Positions 13,366 through 26,923 of a stretch of 64,000 bases of DNA are shown here, one piece after another. The stretch's first letter is position 1, and every line of letters starts with the position of its first letter. The DNA comes from Phoronis australis (Eukaryota; Animalia; Phoronida): assembly GCA_002633005.1 (NCBI GenBank), contig NMRA01000077.1, positions 955,818 to 1,019,817 on the forward strand, written 5' to 3'. The notes under the pieces were generated by a model, which did not search any database, was not told the origin of the DNA, and worked only from the letters and a program-made list of their open reading frames with translations. The translations under genes and the position numbers were made by a program.

Positions 13366-13438
13366 TTCAGCGTCGGACAGTTGTGTTACGCCTGTCTTTG
13401 CCACGACTTTTGAAGCCTCTGGTTTCACATTGGCAGCA
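13366..13438 (-). CDS. SARNP: SARNP exon 4 (AANVKPEASKVVAKTGVTQLSDAE)
   Basis: ttccag acceptor in phase 2, GTAAGT donor in phase 0, open frame. Confidence 0.8.
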
Positions 13439-14096
13439 CTGGAACACAGATGAAAAGTTCTTCATGAGAAACGTAACTGGTTAAAATTTACTGCTGTAAA
13501 ACTGGGCTAAACTTGTTTCTTACTCCAACAAGAAGTGGTGTGTAGGCTTGGAAATAACTGCAATTTGTTATTGCTCAGAAAATATGCTCACTACAGAAAA
13601 TGACTTGCTGTGACGAGCAATCTTGTAGAGCATGTTCTCAAGAAATAACAAACTCAGTCTTCTCCACGCCCACACCCCCAATGTGACTAAAAAAAATTTT
13701 AGACCAATTTCAAAACAATAACTGGTCTTAATTAAGTCAGTTTTTGTGACAAAAGACGGGCTTATTGCAGTGTTAAGTAACAACTAACAGTTGTGTATAA
13801 ACTATATCGATTTCCCCTCAATTTAAGAAAAGGACAGAGAAAGAGTGCCACTGGGTTGAAGTCCAAAGCTTCAACTTCTTCAAAATGTTTTTGACGGATA
13901 AAAATTTGTGTTGTGCAGACCTGTATAATACAGGCAAAAAATGCGGATTTGTACGGAAATCAAGCCTCCAGTATGCAAGTACGCACGGCCAGGCAAAAAT
14001 ACGCAGATTCAAGAGATTATTAATTTACTTGTTTCTCAATTAATACGTCAATTTGTAGTCAAAACGGATGAAGAAGATTTTAAAGCTAGAAATTAA

Positions 14097-15404
14097 AACA
14101 AGAGCAACGCAGAGCGTTGAAATGCGCCCACAATTGCACCGCATACGGTATCCTTCTAGGGTTGTTTATTGGTACCATAAAGTGGCCAGTAGAGGGCATA
14201 TATGTAGTATGTTGTACTTAGCAAAATGGAAAGGCATGGTCATTGTCTCCTCAATAGNNNNNNNNNNNNNNNNNNNNNNNNNNNNNNNNNNNNNNNNNNN
14301 NNNNNNNNNNNNNNNNNNNNNNNNNNNNNNNNNNNNNNNNNNNNNNNNNNNNNNNNNNNNNNNNNNNNNNNNNNNNNNNNNNNNNNNNNNNNNNNNNNNN
14401 NNNNNNNNNNNNNNNNNNNNNNNNNNNNNNNNNNNNNNNNNNNNNNNNNNNNNNNNNNNNNNNNNNNNNNNNNNNNNNNNNNNNNNNNNNNNNNNNNNNN
14501 NNNNNNNNNNNNNNNNNNNNNNNNNNNNNNNNNNNNNNNNNNNNNNNNNNNNNNNNNNNNNNNNNNNNNNNNNNNNNNNNNNNNNNNNNNNNNNNNNNNN
14601 NNNNNNNNNNNNNNNNNNNNNNNNNNNNNNNNNNNNNNNNNNNNNNNNNNNNNNNNNNNNNNNNNNNNNNNNNNNNNNNNNNNNNNNNNNNNNNNNNNNN
14701 NNNNNNNNNNNNNNNNNNNNNNNNNNNNNNNNNNNNNNNNNNNNNNNNNNNNNNNNNNNNNNNNNNNNNNNNNNNNNNNNNNNNNNNNNNNNNNNNNNNN
14801 NNNNNNNNNNNNNNNNNNNNNNNNNNNNNNNNNNNNNNNNNNNNNNNNNNNNNNNNNNNNNNNNNNNNNNNNNNNNNNNNNNNNNNNNNNNNNNNNNNNN
14901 NNNNNNNNNNNNNNNNNNNNNNNNNNNNNNNNNNNNNNNNNNNNNNNNNNNNNNNNNNNNNNNNNNNNNNNNNNNNNNNNNNNNNNNNNNNNNNNNNNNN
15001 NNNNNNNGCACAAAAACAGACTCGAAAACACTAAAAATGGCCACTAGGTGGCGCAAACTATGTCGAATCCATCTGAAAACGGCAGGATAGCGTCATCTCA
15101 CTAATAGGTGCCTACATACCAAATTTCATGAAAATCCGTTCAGGACTTTTGGAGATACAAAGGTAAGCGTAAAAAACTAAAATTGCCACTAGGGGGCACA
15201 CCGGTAGTCGGATCCGTCCGAAAGTTCGCACATGCCGTCCCATTCATGAATGGAACATATGTGCCAAATTTCATGAACGTATGTCAAAGGGTTTTGGAGA
15301 TAGAGCAGCGGACGCCGGACGCCAGACGCCGCCCGGACGGACGGACGGACGGACAGAGATGACGGCATAATGCGTCCATATATAAATATGTGGGCGCATA
15401 AAAA
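14097..15404 (+). mobile_element. Helentron/HINE-like non-autonomous element spanning an N gap
   Basis: Starts AACAAGAG; subterminal inverted repeat ATGCGCCCACA...TGTGGGCGCAT; (GGAC)n microsatellite near the 3' end; ends ATAAAAA. Confidence 0.75.
14258..15007. other. Assembly gap
   Basis: Run of N. Confidence 1.
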
Positions 15405-15999
15405 TATTGTAGTAAAATCATTATTTTAGCCAAAAAGTTGAGCTACAAACTCGGAAAACTTGCTTCGTTTCATTCTCAGAATAGCCTGATAATCGGCGAA
15501 TTGCAAGGCCTCTTCTATTGGTATGTGTGTCACAGGCCTAACCTATAAGCAACGACTTCTGCGATTCGTGGATTGCTTACTTCATTTATTTCTGGCTATT
15601 TACGGCGAAATATGAACTGTTGACAAAATGGCAAAGCGTGAATGGCCGCATATTCCGAGTTGTGAAGAAAGTAGCTTCTGAAAGAAGGGAACATCGATTC
15701 TGTTTTTGCCACACTATTCCAAAGAATGACAATGCCTTATTCAAGGGACTGTGAAATTCATACTGAAGTTGTATAGCGAATCGTTTTTTTGCGGACATGG
15801 TGACTGCACCGACTTCGACATGTTGAGATGATAATAACACTCGAGCCACAGTCGAGGTTTTTTTCGCATGCAGTACGCAGGTACGTGTTAGATACTTGCA
15901 ATGAATAATTATTCAAAACTTTTTGTGAATGCTTAAGAAAATATCATCTGGTGTGAAACATTGTCCAGTGCAGATTCATAAATGCACTTTTGCAGATGT

Positions 16000-16511
16000 C
16001 AGGGCTTGGAATCACCAATGGCGAAAAACGCGGAAATTTTTACCGCCCGAAACATGCGCGCAGCCAGCCTTGAAAAAGTCGGTGTCGATCTTTTGCCAAC
16101 AAAGATCGAGACTAAAAAAAAAAACAAAGAAAAACGGTACCACCTCCGGAAGCGTGCGTCTGCTTCTGTGTTAACTGTAACTCGTTCGCCACTCCCGCCT
16201 CCAAACATTTTTGGCTGCAGAGTCGTAGTATTTGTCACCACGGTTTACAGTCACACGAGCCGCCACTGAAGAAATCCACCACGCTATCCCAGATGCCCCG
16301 GCAATGTTGACAATTTACGTTCCTCCGAAAAATAAAGAGCAACTTCCGCTTTTCGAGGTGAAAGTCGTCGGCAACGCGGCGGTAAGAAAGAAATTTGCCG
16401 TGGAAATTTTATATCAAATCCTATTTTTTATGCGGAAACATAATAAAATACGTGGACAGAACATTTGAAAAAAGCGGAAATCCGCGTTTCCGCGGAAAAT
16501 TCCAAGCCCTG
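16000..16511. mobile_element. MITE with hAT-like TIRs
   Basis: CAGGGCTTGGAAT...ATTCCAAGCCCTG with subterminal GCGGAAA repeats; no clean TSD. Confidence 0.65.
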
Positions 16512-16863
16512 AGATATTTTTGTGTTAAGAAATGAGGTGTACATTGTAAGTTCAGTAAGGACCTTTTCTATTGATCAAGACTTTTCACTAAGCACGTTGT
16601 CCCTCAACTAAACGCCTTAGATTATTCTGAAAATTGGTGATTACATGTATTTTATAAACTGTTTCAGACGTAAGAAAGTAGGACAAGTACCCATGCGTGT
16701 ACCCAGGGGGGGGGGCCATTTGGCACAGTGGGCAAAACGGTCCTCCTGAGAAACTAAAAGTCCGAGAAAACGAGACAAATGTCCACTAAAAAGGCACCAA
16801 AAGCCCAATTCATAGCTCTGAACAAAGCGGTTTTTTAGTGAAAGGTCTACTGCGAAAAAGTCG

Positions 16864-17090
16864 NNNNNNNNNNNNNNNNNNNNNNNNNNNNNNNNNNNNN
16901 NNNNNNNNNNNNNNNNNNNNNNNNNNNNNNNNNNNNNNNNNNNNNNNNNNNNNNNNNNNNNNNNNNNNNNNNNNNNNNNNNNNNNNNNNNNNNNNNNNNN
17001 NNNNNNNNNNNNNNNNNNNNNNNNNNNNNNNNNNNNNNNNNNNNNNNNNNNNNNNNNNNNNNNNNNNNNNNNNNNNNNNNNNNNNNNNNN
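16864..17090. other. Assembly gap
   Basis: Run of N. Confidence 1.
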
Positions 17091-17126
17091 GGTGCTGTCA
17101 CATTCAATTCAAAAGCAGCGCTCTAC

Positions 17127-17215
17127 CTAGATGTCGAAGAAACAGACTGTAGTACTTTCAAATCTTCAACTTCTGTCAACGTGTCCACAACAGTGTCGTC
17201 CTCTGGTGTGGAATC
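17127..17215 (-). CDS. SARNP: SARNP exon 3, acidic linker (DSTPEDDTVVDTLTEVEDLKVLQSVSSTS)
   Basis: Phase-0 acceptor; AG|GTAGAG phase-2 donor fits the next exon. Extra exons could be hidden in the two nearby N gaps. Confidence 0.7.
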
Positions 17216-17488
17216 CTGAAATGAACGACAAGTTGTATCAGGTCTGAGTTAATTTAGTCACAAATGTGCGACGAGTGGTGTAAGGGTAGTTACTTAAAAT
17301 CATAAATCAGAAAAAATTGACCATTTTTATGTGCAGTATATTTTCTCACAACACAGCAGGAACTCTGAGCCCACCAGACATATGAGCTCTGCTAAAAGCA
17401 GAATTTTAAATGTTTTTTAAGAAAAAGGTCATCTTTTTGAAGTTCTGTTAGTTGATGCTAAACGTTTTGACTTTTATGTTCAGTTTAA

Positions 17489-19052
17489 AGGAGAATACCA
17501 CCCAAAAACAACCCGGTTTGTATCAATTTTGATCAAGTAGTTCCACTCGATGGCAGCAAGTACAGCTCTTCTACCTGACACCTGACGGCAGACAGATGTT
17601 GTGAAATTAAACAATGACGTCAAGAGATTTGAATGACGTCATAGGTTCTAACACAGTCTGTTCAGCAGTTCACAACACACTTACTGGTGTCAGCTTATCA
17701 CTTGAATTCATCGATTTACACAAATAAATCATCAAAATTCAATGAAAAACCCTTACAAATACATCGAGTTATTGAAAAAACGTGTTATTTTATTTCGCTA
17801 TTATGGATTTTTAGGTATTTGAACGTACCGTAGCCTACAAAGTTTGGTAGGCCAATTTACCAAGGTTGGTCGCGGGCCGGAGTTTGGGGTCTGTCCGGTG
17901 ATAAAATTCAAATTATTCATCCGTGAAATACAGACAGGAGAACGTAGCTGTGTTGCAATTTTAGACTAGCGATTTTTTTCAGATCTCAATGCACAAAATG
18001 GCCAGTGGCTCGGAACTCGATCATGTCCATCGCGACCGGACTGAAGACATCACGAACATAAACCAGCCAAAGTTGGAAACTAAACTTCCAGTCACGAAAA
18101 GACTATACCACTAGCGAGCCAAAGAAAATATGAGCACATGATTATTTTGGTGAATTAGTCGCGAAACTGCAAATCTACTTACTAGCTCGTCGGGGGCCCG
18201 CAAAGTCAGGTTACCCTTCCACAGCCCGTCAGGGCAAAAGTTGTACAGTAACAATGATTCGAATAATGTATGTGAATATCTAACTAAAGATTCCCCTAAC
18301 ATGTGACCATAGGATATAAAATCGAGTTATCGTTTCACAAAAGATTTCTGTCAGCAAACACTTAATTAGCTTGCACTCACACCACCTCAGTGCCCGGTCA
18401 ATTAGTTTATTGCATCTAAAGCCGGTGATGCTGTGATTTATTCATTGCTGGCTTCTCAAAATATTTGCATTCGCGAACACTCCCAAGGCATTACAAATTG
18501 TATCTAATGAGACAGACTTTGTTTTAGTTGGTTAGGGTGAGAATAATTCATTTTGAAACAGATCGCACGATAATAAAGTTAACGTCAATGTGACACTACT
18601 CGCAATCCCGACTTTAACGAGTGCTCATCCGACGAAGACTTCACAAGTCGATCGTTAGGCTTCACAGGCTATCAGTTCGAACTGGAACACACTGATCAAA
18701 AATAACAGAGAGGCTCCGTGAACGTGCAAAGACAACGGAACATATGGATAGTTCCGAAAACCATTTGAACGAATTGTCATGGAGTCAGTGAGCTAACTGT
18801 ACGATAATGGAAATGACTGATGGTTGCTCCTGCTTCCACAAAATTCCGCAAGTGAAACGCCTTCTTGGAATAGTGCTGATATGTCTCACGGACCATCCTG
18901 ATTTTTACCGCATCTACACAGAAGTGTGCTTATGACGTTGGTTTAGGGCTGAGAAAAATAACTGGGGAAAACATCTACCGTATACGAGGTTAGGTGGATA
19001 TAAACTGATTAAGACAGTAAAAAAGGCTAATTAAATCGGGTGGCATTCTGCT
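17489..19052 (+). mobile_element. Kolobok-like non-autonomous DNA transposon
   Basis: TTAA on both sides; TIRs AGGAGAATACCACCC / GGGTGGCATTCTGCT; internal decayed Cys-rich coding remnant at about 18625-18935. Confidence 0.75.
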
Positions 19053-19210
19053 TTAAGAGACTTGGAATTTTGGTCACAACTTTTGTTTAGACCACAGGCT
19101 TAACACTGACTGTAAAATGCCTTCAAAGGCAAAAAAAATTAGGATGTATAGCACAAAGATAAAATTCAAAAGTCATCAAAACTTTTCTGGTTTATTAACT
19201 TAAACACTAC

Positions 19211-19348
19211 CTCATCCAATACTTTATCGTCCACATCATCAGTAGCATCACCTGACTGAAGACACGCCTGCAGCCTCTCTATCAGCTCCATCTTGTTGCC
19301 TACCACTGGTTGTCCCCGAGACTTCAACTCTTTTTTCAAGTCTGCTAC
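19211..19348 (-). CDS. SARNP: SARNP exon 2, SAP domain (VADLKKELKSRGQPVVGNKMELIERLQ...)
   Basis: ttcag acceptor, GTAGTG donor, 138 nt; matches the SAP pattern LKVxxLKxELKxRGxxxxGxKxELIERL. Confidence 0.93.
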
Positions 19349-20649
19349 CTGAAGTAGACACCACCACAGTAAAACTAAAACATAAGGATTATAACAGTTT
19401 TGGAACTTTGTCTACAACTATAACATAAAATGACCTTTTAGTACACTGGATATTATTTTTAAAAAAATCATCATTCCTGAAACATGGCTTTTGCGTGACA
19501 CTATAATTCATTACTGTTTTTCACCATGTCTACTCATAGTAAATCTTGTTTTTTTCCGCCCATCACTTAAGTAATGCAGACTTTTTGCTACATCATTAAC
19601 ACCACTTTATATTGCTCCTTGGATAACACACACGTCACAAAAAGTACAACAATTAATACAGAAAACTGCCTCTTATAGATAACCCAAGGTCTGCATTTTT
19701 ATTTAAAGGTGACATTGAAAACGGATGCTTCCCTTTAGTAGGTTAACAATTCATTTTTCCCGAACCTCTAAATAAGGGTAAGGTTTAAAAGTGCTGTTTC
19801 TTGAACAAAATCCTTCACAAATGTTGACTTTTTTATGGAAACTCCCTACAAATGGGTCCCCATTTTTTAAGTCCACTCTCCAGGTGGGTGGGTATCCCAC
19901 ATTTTCCAGCTGCATCCTGAAAAAAATATCGCTGAGTGCCCTCTACAATCTTGCACTGCCACTATCCTACTAAAACATGTTGCAGAGTTTGCAATTCTTG
20001 CACACAGTTTACATAACTTGCCACGATTTGAAGATCTGGTATTTCTATTGAGAGTTGTAAAATACTCTGCAAACTTGCATTCAATCTAAATAGGAAAGCA
20101 GATAAATACACTCTACTTGACTCCTTTAAACCTACTCTGCAAGTTTTATGGACACATATTTTTTGGTTTTAAACCACTGTTTCCAAAGTGATGCCCACAA
20201 TTGACCAATACCATCATTATGACTACAAAAAAGGTGACAGACAGAATTAAGAGTCAAACTCAAATGTTAATATAACTAACCAACAGCTACCTGTATGTTT
20301 ACCACAGATTTTACTATTTTCTCTATGTCCTGGATATTTGTCCAAAAGTGTCAAAATTTGCCAGGACGTTTTGAAAATTTGCCAGGACATTTTGAAAATT
20401 AGCCAGACAAAATTCATCATTGGAGAAGTCCATAACTAAGAGTCCAAATTCTCCCCAAAAGTTAAAACTGAAAACATCTTTTCCCCACCAGCATTGGCAG
20501 TGTGTATGTACCCCAGGTGGCCGCGGCTCCATGCAGTGGCGTATACACCCATCTCATAAAAAAGTACAGGTAAGAGGAAATAAAAAGTGTTATTGACATA
20601 ACGTACACCTTATTCGATGACTTTACAAGCGCTGAAATGTGCCCAAGAC

Positions 20650-21431
20650 TGTAACGCAAAAAGTGTGCATCTAGGGGTATTTAATTGTATCATAAAAATG
20701 ACCATTAGATTGCACAGAATACATCAAACAATGAACACAGCCACTAAAATGGCCACTAGATGACGCAAAATATGTCGATTCCATCCGAAAATGGGATAAT
20801 TGCCACTGGGGGGCCACAGCATTTTTGGATCCGTCTGAAGGTCGTCCTCATCCGTTGTCAACTCCATATAAATACACTCGCTAAAATTAATATAAATCCT
20901 GCACAGGGCTTAGGAGCTACAGCCATGGGTGCAAAAATCTGTCACCAAAGAGGCGCCACAGTAGTTGAAGTTGTCGGAAAATTATCATCAACCGTTCTCT
21001 TCACTCTAAGAACATATACGCCAATTTTCACAACAATCCTTAAAGTGGTTTGGATGACATAGGGGTGGATGCCAAAAAATGCCAAAAACAGTAAAAATGG
21101 CCATTAGGTGGTGCAAAATATCTTGAATCCATCCTAAAACAGTAGGATAGCGCCACCTCACAAATAGATGCCTATCTGCCAAATTTTATGAAAATTCTTT
21201 GAGGACCTTTGGAGATACCGAGGTAAACATGAAAAACTAAAATTACCACTAGGGGGCAACCAGTTGTCCTATGTCGACATCATATAAAGACACTAGCTAA
21301 ATTTAATAAAACATCATGCGGAGGGTTTAGAAGATACTGCCATGGGCGTAAAAAAACAAAACTGCCACTAGGAGGAGGCACCACGCTAGTTGAAGTCGTC
21401 GGAAAATCATCGTCAACCATCCTCTTCACAG
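20650..21431 (+). mobile_element. HINE-like repeat copy truncated by a later insertion
   Basis: Same internal modules as 49684-51194; breaks at CTCTTCACAGTA. Confidence 0.75.
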
Positions 21432-21433
21432 TA

Positions 21434-24400
21434 CTCTCGAGTTCCGAATAGCCGTATCTATACGATTATTTACTTCAGACACGTTTCCGGTTTATACGAC
21501 GCTTATTCAGGTCTCTACGTTTATTAATTTTCTAACCTTTTTCCACGTTCCACGATTATTTGGTGAATCAACTTCACAATTTTTGTTTCATTCAATACAA
21601 ATTTGTAACACAAAAACTTTGCTGTTGACGCCGAATGTCATATCTTGGTTTTACGACGAAGTGAATTCGCTGTAAACCTCTAGACCACGAGGCACTCAGT
21701 TCAGAGTTTGTAATTTAGAAGAACTATATACGACTCCACGTTACACACGGAAGTCACATGTCATACACATTAAAAGATGTTATTTGCTAAAATATACAAC
21801 TGTACGTTTCAGAGCGTAAAATAATCAGACTCCAAGCAAGGGTTTACGCAGCGGCCGTCTGTTGGACCGCCAGAATTTAAAATTGGACGGGTTCGACAGG
21901 ATCGGTCAGAATGAAGAAAGTGTTGGCAAAATTTAAAAAACCTTGAAATGATGACCATTTTCTCAATATTAACGGCTGGTCAGACGGTCAATTTGAGTAT
22001 GATTTACGAGTGGCGGGGCCAAAAAAGGAGCGTGGTGGGCCGCCCAGAAGTTTACACGCAAGGGAAACCCTGTGTAGTGTTTATGCCATGTACCATTTGT
22101 ATTGTCACATGGCACAACTGAAAAAATCTCAAATGGGACATGCAACCGTCGCATGTGAGAATACAATGTTCCATGCGAGAAATGCCATTTGTCACATGGA
22201 ACGTGAGTTTTTGAACGTTAATTACAGCAAATAGATAACTTTTTTAGTTGTGATTTTCATTTCAATATTTACTTTCTTGGCAAAATGAGTTTTTAATCTG
22301 TTGCACCCACCTTCAATAGAGTGAAAACATTTTTTGTGACTTTGTGAAAATCTCATTTTATTTTGGAATGCGTTTCTACCTAATAGCTCACTTGCGAGTT
22401 TCCAGTTAGTCAATGTGACGTCACCGGAAGAGGGGCAAAACCCGCCATATTGTTCTTATTTTACTCCGTGTCTTTGCTACACACACACACACACGAAATC
22501 TTACTGGAGTTCTAATGGTGAATTTTACGCTTAAAACATTAACACAATTTAAGGGATGGTCGATGGATCGTGGAATAACTGCGAATGGACGAACAAAATA
22601 TGAACTTGTAATGATGTTGTGCGAAGCTGAGAACGGACTGAAATTGGAACTTGACCCAGTCTAGGCCTGAATGTCGCAAGCATACAGGGGCGATAGTAGA
22701 TCCCCATAAAAAGTTACTCATTTCAAAATACAGAAAATAAAATCAATTGAAACATGCATTTGTGCACATTATTATTAGCACATACCCTGACTTTGAATAC
22801 AATTTAGTCTACAAATAACTTTGGAATATCCATGAAAATCTTGCGGTTCGCTTGAGTTTCTCTCAGCGGGCGTCATTTTGAGGAAGTTACGTGAAATCAC
22901 GCCTGTTGACGAACAAAAAGTCCAAGGGACACAAATCTTACAAATTTCACTTAATATTTTCCGATGCTATTGTGCAAGTGTCACGCGCCAGGTCATGTGC
23001 TTTGCTCAGTCTCGCACTAGCCTTTGCCTCATACTCACCTGACTCAATTGAAATACTTTGTGGTTATCGCGTGCGCAGTCAAAGTTAACCGTAACCACAA
23101 AGTGGAGTTGGAATTCTTCGCCACAGTCACCTGAATTCCCGTAGCTATGCTTCATCGAAGATTTGTTTGGAAGCAGAAATGATCACTGAAGTAAGCGCCT
23201 TAGTAGGTGATAATTTTAGGTGTAGAATGTATTTTTGGTGAGGTGAAGCAGATTTCGTCTACCGCCCGTTTAAAATACACGGGACGAAATAAATACAGAA
23301 CGCGATGGAATGTATTGTAGTGCGAATTTGAATTTCATTTGCCATAACAGCAATGCTTGTTTGGCATTTTTCACACTAAAAGATTAAAAACTCAAAGTAA
23401 ACAACAGAACACACTCTGCTACCGTATCGGGCAAATGGCAAATAGAAGGGAATAATAATGCAAAACAGCAAATAGAAGGGAATAATAATGCAAAACAGCA
23501 AATAGAAGGGAATAATAATGCAAAACAGCAAATAGAAGGGAATAATAATGCAAAACAGCAAATAGAAGGGAATAATAATGCAAAACAGCAAATAGAAGGG
23601 AATAATAATGCAAAACAGCAAATAGAAGGGAATAATAATGCAAAACAGCAAATAGAAGGGAATAATAATGCAAAACAGCAAATAGAAGGGAATAATAATG
23701 CAAAACAGCAAATAGAAGGGAATAATAATGCAAAACAGCAAATTCTAGGGAATAATGGTATAGACAGGAAATTTTTGGAAAATTGAAAATAGTATAGACT
23801 GGAACAATAACATTGAATACAAATTTGCATAAAATCTAGTAACGGACGATGGAAATAATAGGAAGTGCAAAATCTAATAATGATGTAGATGGGAATAATA
23901 GTGCAAAGAAGCAAATTCTGTCCGACTTACCACCGCTTTAAGTAATTGTTTCAAAGAAAAACCTTTAAACTGAACATTAGCATAATTAAATTATTGCAGT
24001 GATGTATCCACCCAAGTAATAACATAGTACAGTGAAGTGGAATAAAAGTGTCAGTGCTAAAACAAAGACCATTCGTTTATTCAATAACTTTAAATGAAAG
24101 TGTTTCAAACATTATGTGGAATCATTTTACTCAAAAAGAATGTGACATTCATACTAGATATGCCAATGTCGACTTAGCCCAAAACCTATAACACGGAGGT
24201 AAAGATTTCAGCAACAACGTCCAGTCTTCCACGAAGCCGACAGTCTGAATAAAGACAATAAAGTGTCTTGGTAAAATGAGTCGCATTTTTATAGCACATG
24301 TTCCTGATAGTCGAGCCTTTGTTTTCTCTCAATCTCATGTCTTCCTCAACGTTCATAGTCAATACCCTTCTAATGTTAATCAGAATTCGACGTCAAAAAG

Positions 24401-25341
24401 TCGGTACATCCAACATTTTACACGGCCAGAAATTGAGATTTCTTGTCAGAACATAACAAGTCCATGACCACATACACCATCTTGAATATCTAATTTGGTA
24501 TAAAAAACAAACCGATTCACGTGCATTTCCATTTATTTGGACGGGAGAGCAAGTAGAAATCAATTTCAGTAAAGATATCGACTGGATTGTCGAACATTAG
24601 CAACTATGTCATTTTCAAGATTATCACAAATCCATTCTTCCTGTTCATAAAAACAATCTATTCTCAAGTTTGGAGTGAATTGTAAAAATGCTGATGTCCC
24701 ATGACGGCAACTTGTCGGTAGGCCTATTGTTGATTGAAAGGTTTGGCAACGTTCCTTAATTGCACGGGTATTTGCGCTTCGTTGACTAGCCGCGTTATCA
24801 CCATGGTTCATATCTGTAGCTGGATTATTTGTCATACCAGCATCTGAATCAATGTCTGTATCTGGAACATCTCTCGGTTCGTAAAATAATCCTCTAGTTT
24901 TTAGGCCTTTGCGCGGCAGACGACATGATTAAGTATGTAGAATGTGCATGTCAATCATGACAGAAACCGCAGATGACACTGGCTGTGCAAAATCCCGGAA
25001 TTACTGCCCCCGGAAACGCAAACATTGGGCACAGACACAGTGACGAGTTGTAACGGCTTGCGAGTTTTTCACAGGGCGCAATCATAAATATTGGATCAGC
25101 CAAAGAAACTCGTTGAAAGGGTTTTTATTCATATGTATGTTGAAAAATGGGCTAAGAAAGCACTTTTTGAGCATTTAATTTCTCATTTCTAAAATTACTG
25201 ATTGTGAACTTGCGGAACCAAATAATCGTGGAGCGCGAAAAAAGTTAGAAAATTAATAAACGTAGAGATCTGAATAAGCGTTGTATAGACCGGAAAACGA
25301 GTCTGAAATAAATAATCGTATAGATACGGCTATTCAGAAAC
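21434..25341. mobile_element. About 3.9-kb TIR element (Tc1/mariner-pogo-like, non-autonomous)
   Basis: About 125-bp inverted termini (21434-21564 versus 25217-25341); inserted at a TA; no transposase ORF. Confidence 0.75.
23438..23756. repeat. 30-bp minisatellite, about 10 near-perfect copies
   Basis: Unit GCAAATAGAAGGGAATAATAATGCAAAACA. Confidence 0.97.
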
Positions 25342-26141
25342 CAACATCTGATAAGTTAGTTCTACATATTGTTAAATCTTATTCCTAAGCAATTAGTTAA
25401 AAATGTCTCGTTTTCACACTGGAAGAGAGCACAGGTGATTTGAAACAAAATGTGAATGCCAAAAGTCAATGCTGTCTGCTAAACCATGCTTCACACTTTG
25501 TTTTAAGAAGATGCTAAAGGCCTGTTACTGATACTTTAAAAAAATCACCATTATTACTTACATGGGCATGCATAAGAGCCATCAACGACATGGTCCAGAG
25601 AATAATTTTGTGCAAGCTTAGGGGGAGTTCTAAATTAAAAACCAATTAATTAAAATGTGTTTTTACGATTGATTAAAAATGTTTTAAACTTTATTTCACA
25701 TTTTATATTTTGACAGTCACATTTACTTATTGTTTTTGAATTAGCATTCTATTTAATGCATAAATACAGGTTTTCCGGATCACTAATAGCTGTCAAATAC
25801 AAAATGACTATCACTCTCATTCCCATCTATATTGCTTACCATCTTCAAAGGGAACTGAAGAATTTAGGTGCTTGCTTTATGTCTTTAATCAAATATATTG
25901 AAAAGTTAAAATCATAGAGTATATTCCTAGCATAGGCCTACCTGTGATAATTTCGTGCGAAAGGTCAGTTGGTACATTATAATTAAAAAACACTGAATTA
26001 GTAGCAAAAGACCAATATAGCTTAAATACTGCAAAAGCTTGAATCATTTTGAATTCATATCTTAGTAACTGAGGGTACGCCCTTTACGTAGGTCCATCAC
26101 ACTAACTCAACTTATATCGAGATGTCAGTGAAAAAAATCAG

Positions 26142-26923
26142 GGTAATTGTTTACAATATGACGATAATGACTTAGACATATGATTTTGGTATCGTTCGAT
26201 TCCTCGCAATGTTATCTTTCCAAATATACACAGAAATTTCTCCTACCCCGTTCCCTTAGTTTTTTATCGTGAAATTTCTGCTCGCACTATTTCCTGGTAC
26301 TCGGTGCGAAACCGCCATGTTGAATGGATAAGGAGTCACCTGGCGGTCAAAAACTGAACTAATCTACCGACTTGCAGATCGTCGCTTTTCATAAGTTCAA
26401 ATTGACCGAGACCCGTCAATCCCCTGCGCGAGTTACGTAACCAAGGGTTCGAATTCAATCCTATGGTGACCCTGATTTACGCATCTGCTAGCAAGAATCT
26501 GCCAAAAAAGCGGAGGTTGTTTTTGAAGTCCAGATTTATGAAAAAGTATCACTTCAGACAATTTCATGGAAAAATGGTCAAATGGTCACAATTCTAAAAA
26601 AATGGAAAAGGTAAAATGCTTCTACTTGTGCATCCACCATATTATGTCAGGAAAACTTTAGCGGGAATCTCGCGCGGGCAACCACCATTCAGAATCAATA
26701 ATGCTGTTTCATTCAATAACAATAGGTGTCGCTGTTATCTTGAGTTGAACTAACATGGCGGTGTCCACCGGGAAATAGTGCTAACTGAAATTCGACGATA
26801 AAATATGAAGGAAACGCGGTAGGGGATCAATTCATATATTTTCAGAAAGATGACGGCGCGAGGAATCGAACGATACCAAAATCATATGTCTAAGTCATTG
26901 TCGTCATATTGTAAACAATTACC
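26142..26923. mobile_element. Foldback MITE with 8-bp TSD (Merlin-like)
   Basis: TIRs begin GGTAATTGTTTACAATATGACG and are near-perfect for about 65 bp, degenerate to about 190 bp; AAAATCAG is duplicated at 26134-26141 and 26924-26931. Confidence 0.85.

Noticed and set aside
14068-15090. Long poly-X ORFs (also 16838-17152 and 57641-58665)
   Set aside because: Artefacts of N gaps.
23376-23914. Repetitive ORFs from minisatellites (also 2549-2935, 11614-12053)
   Set aside because: Open only because unit lengths are multiples of 3; open in several frames; no splice or domain support.
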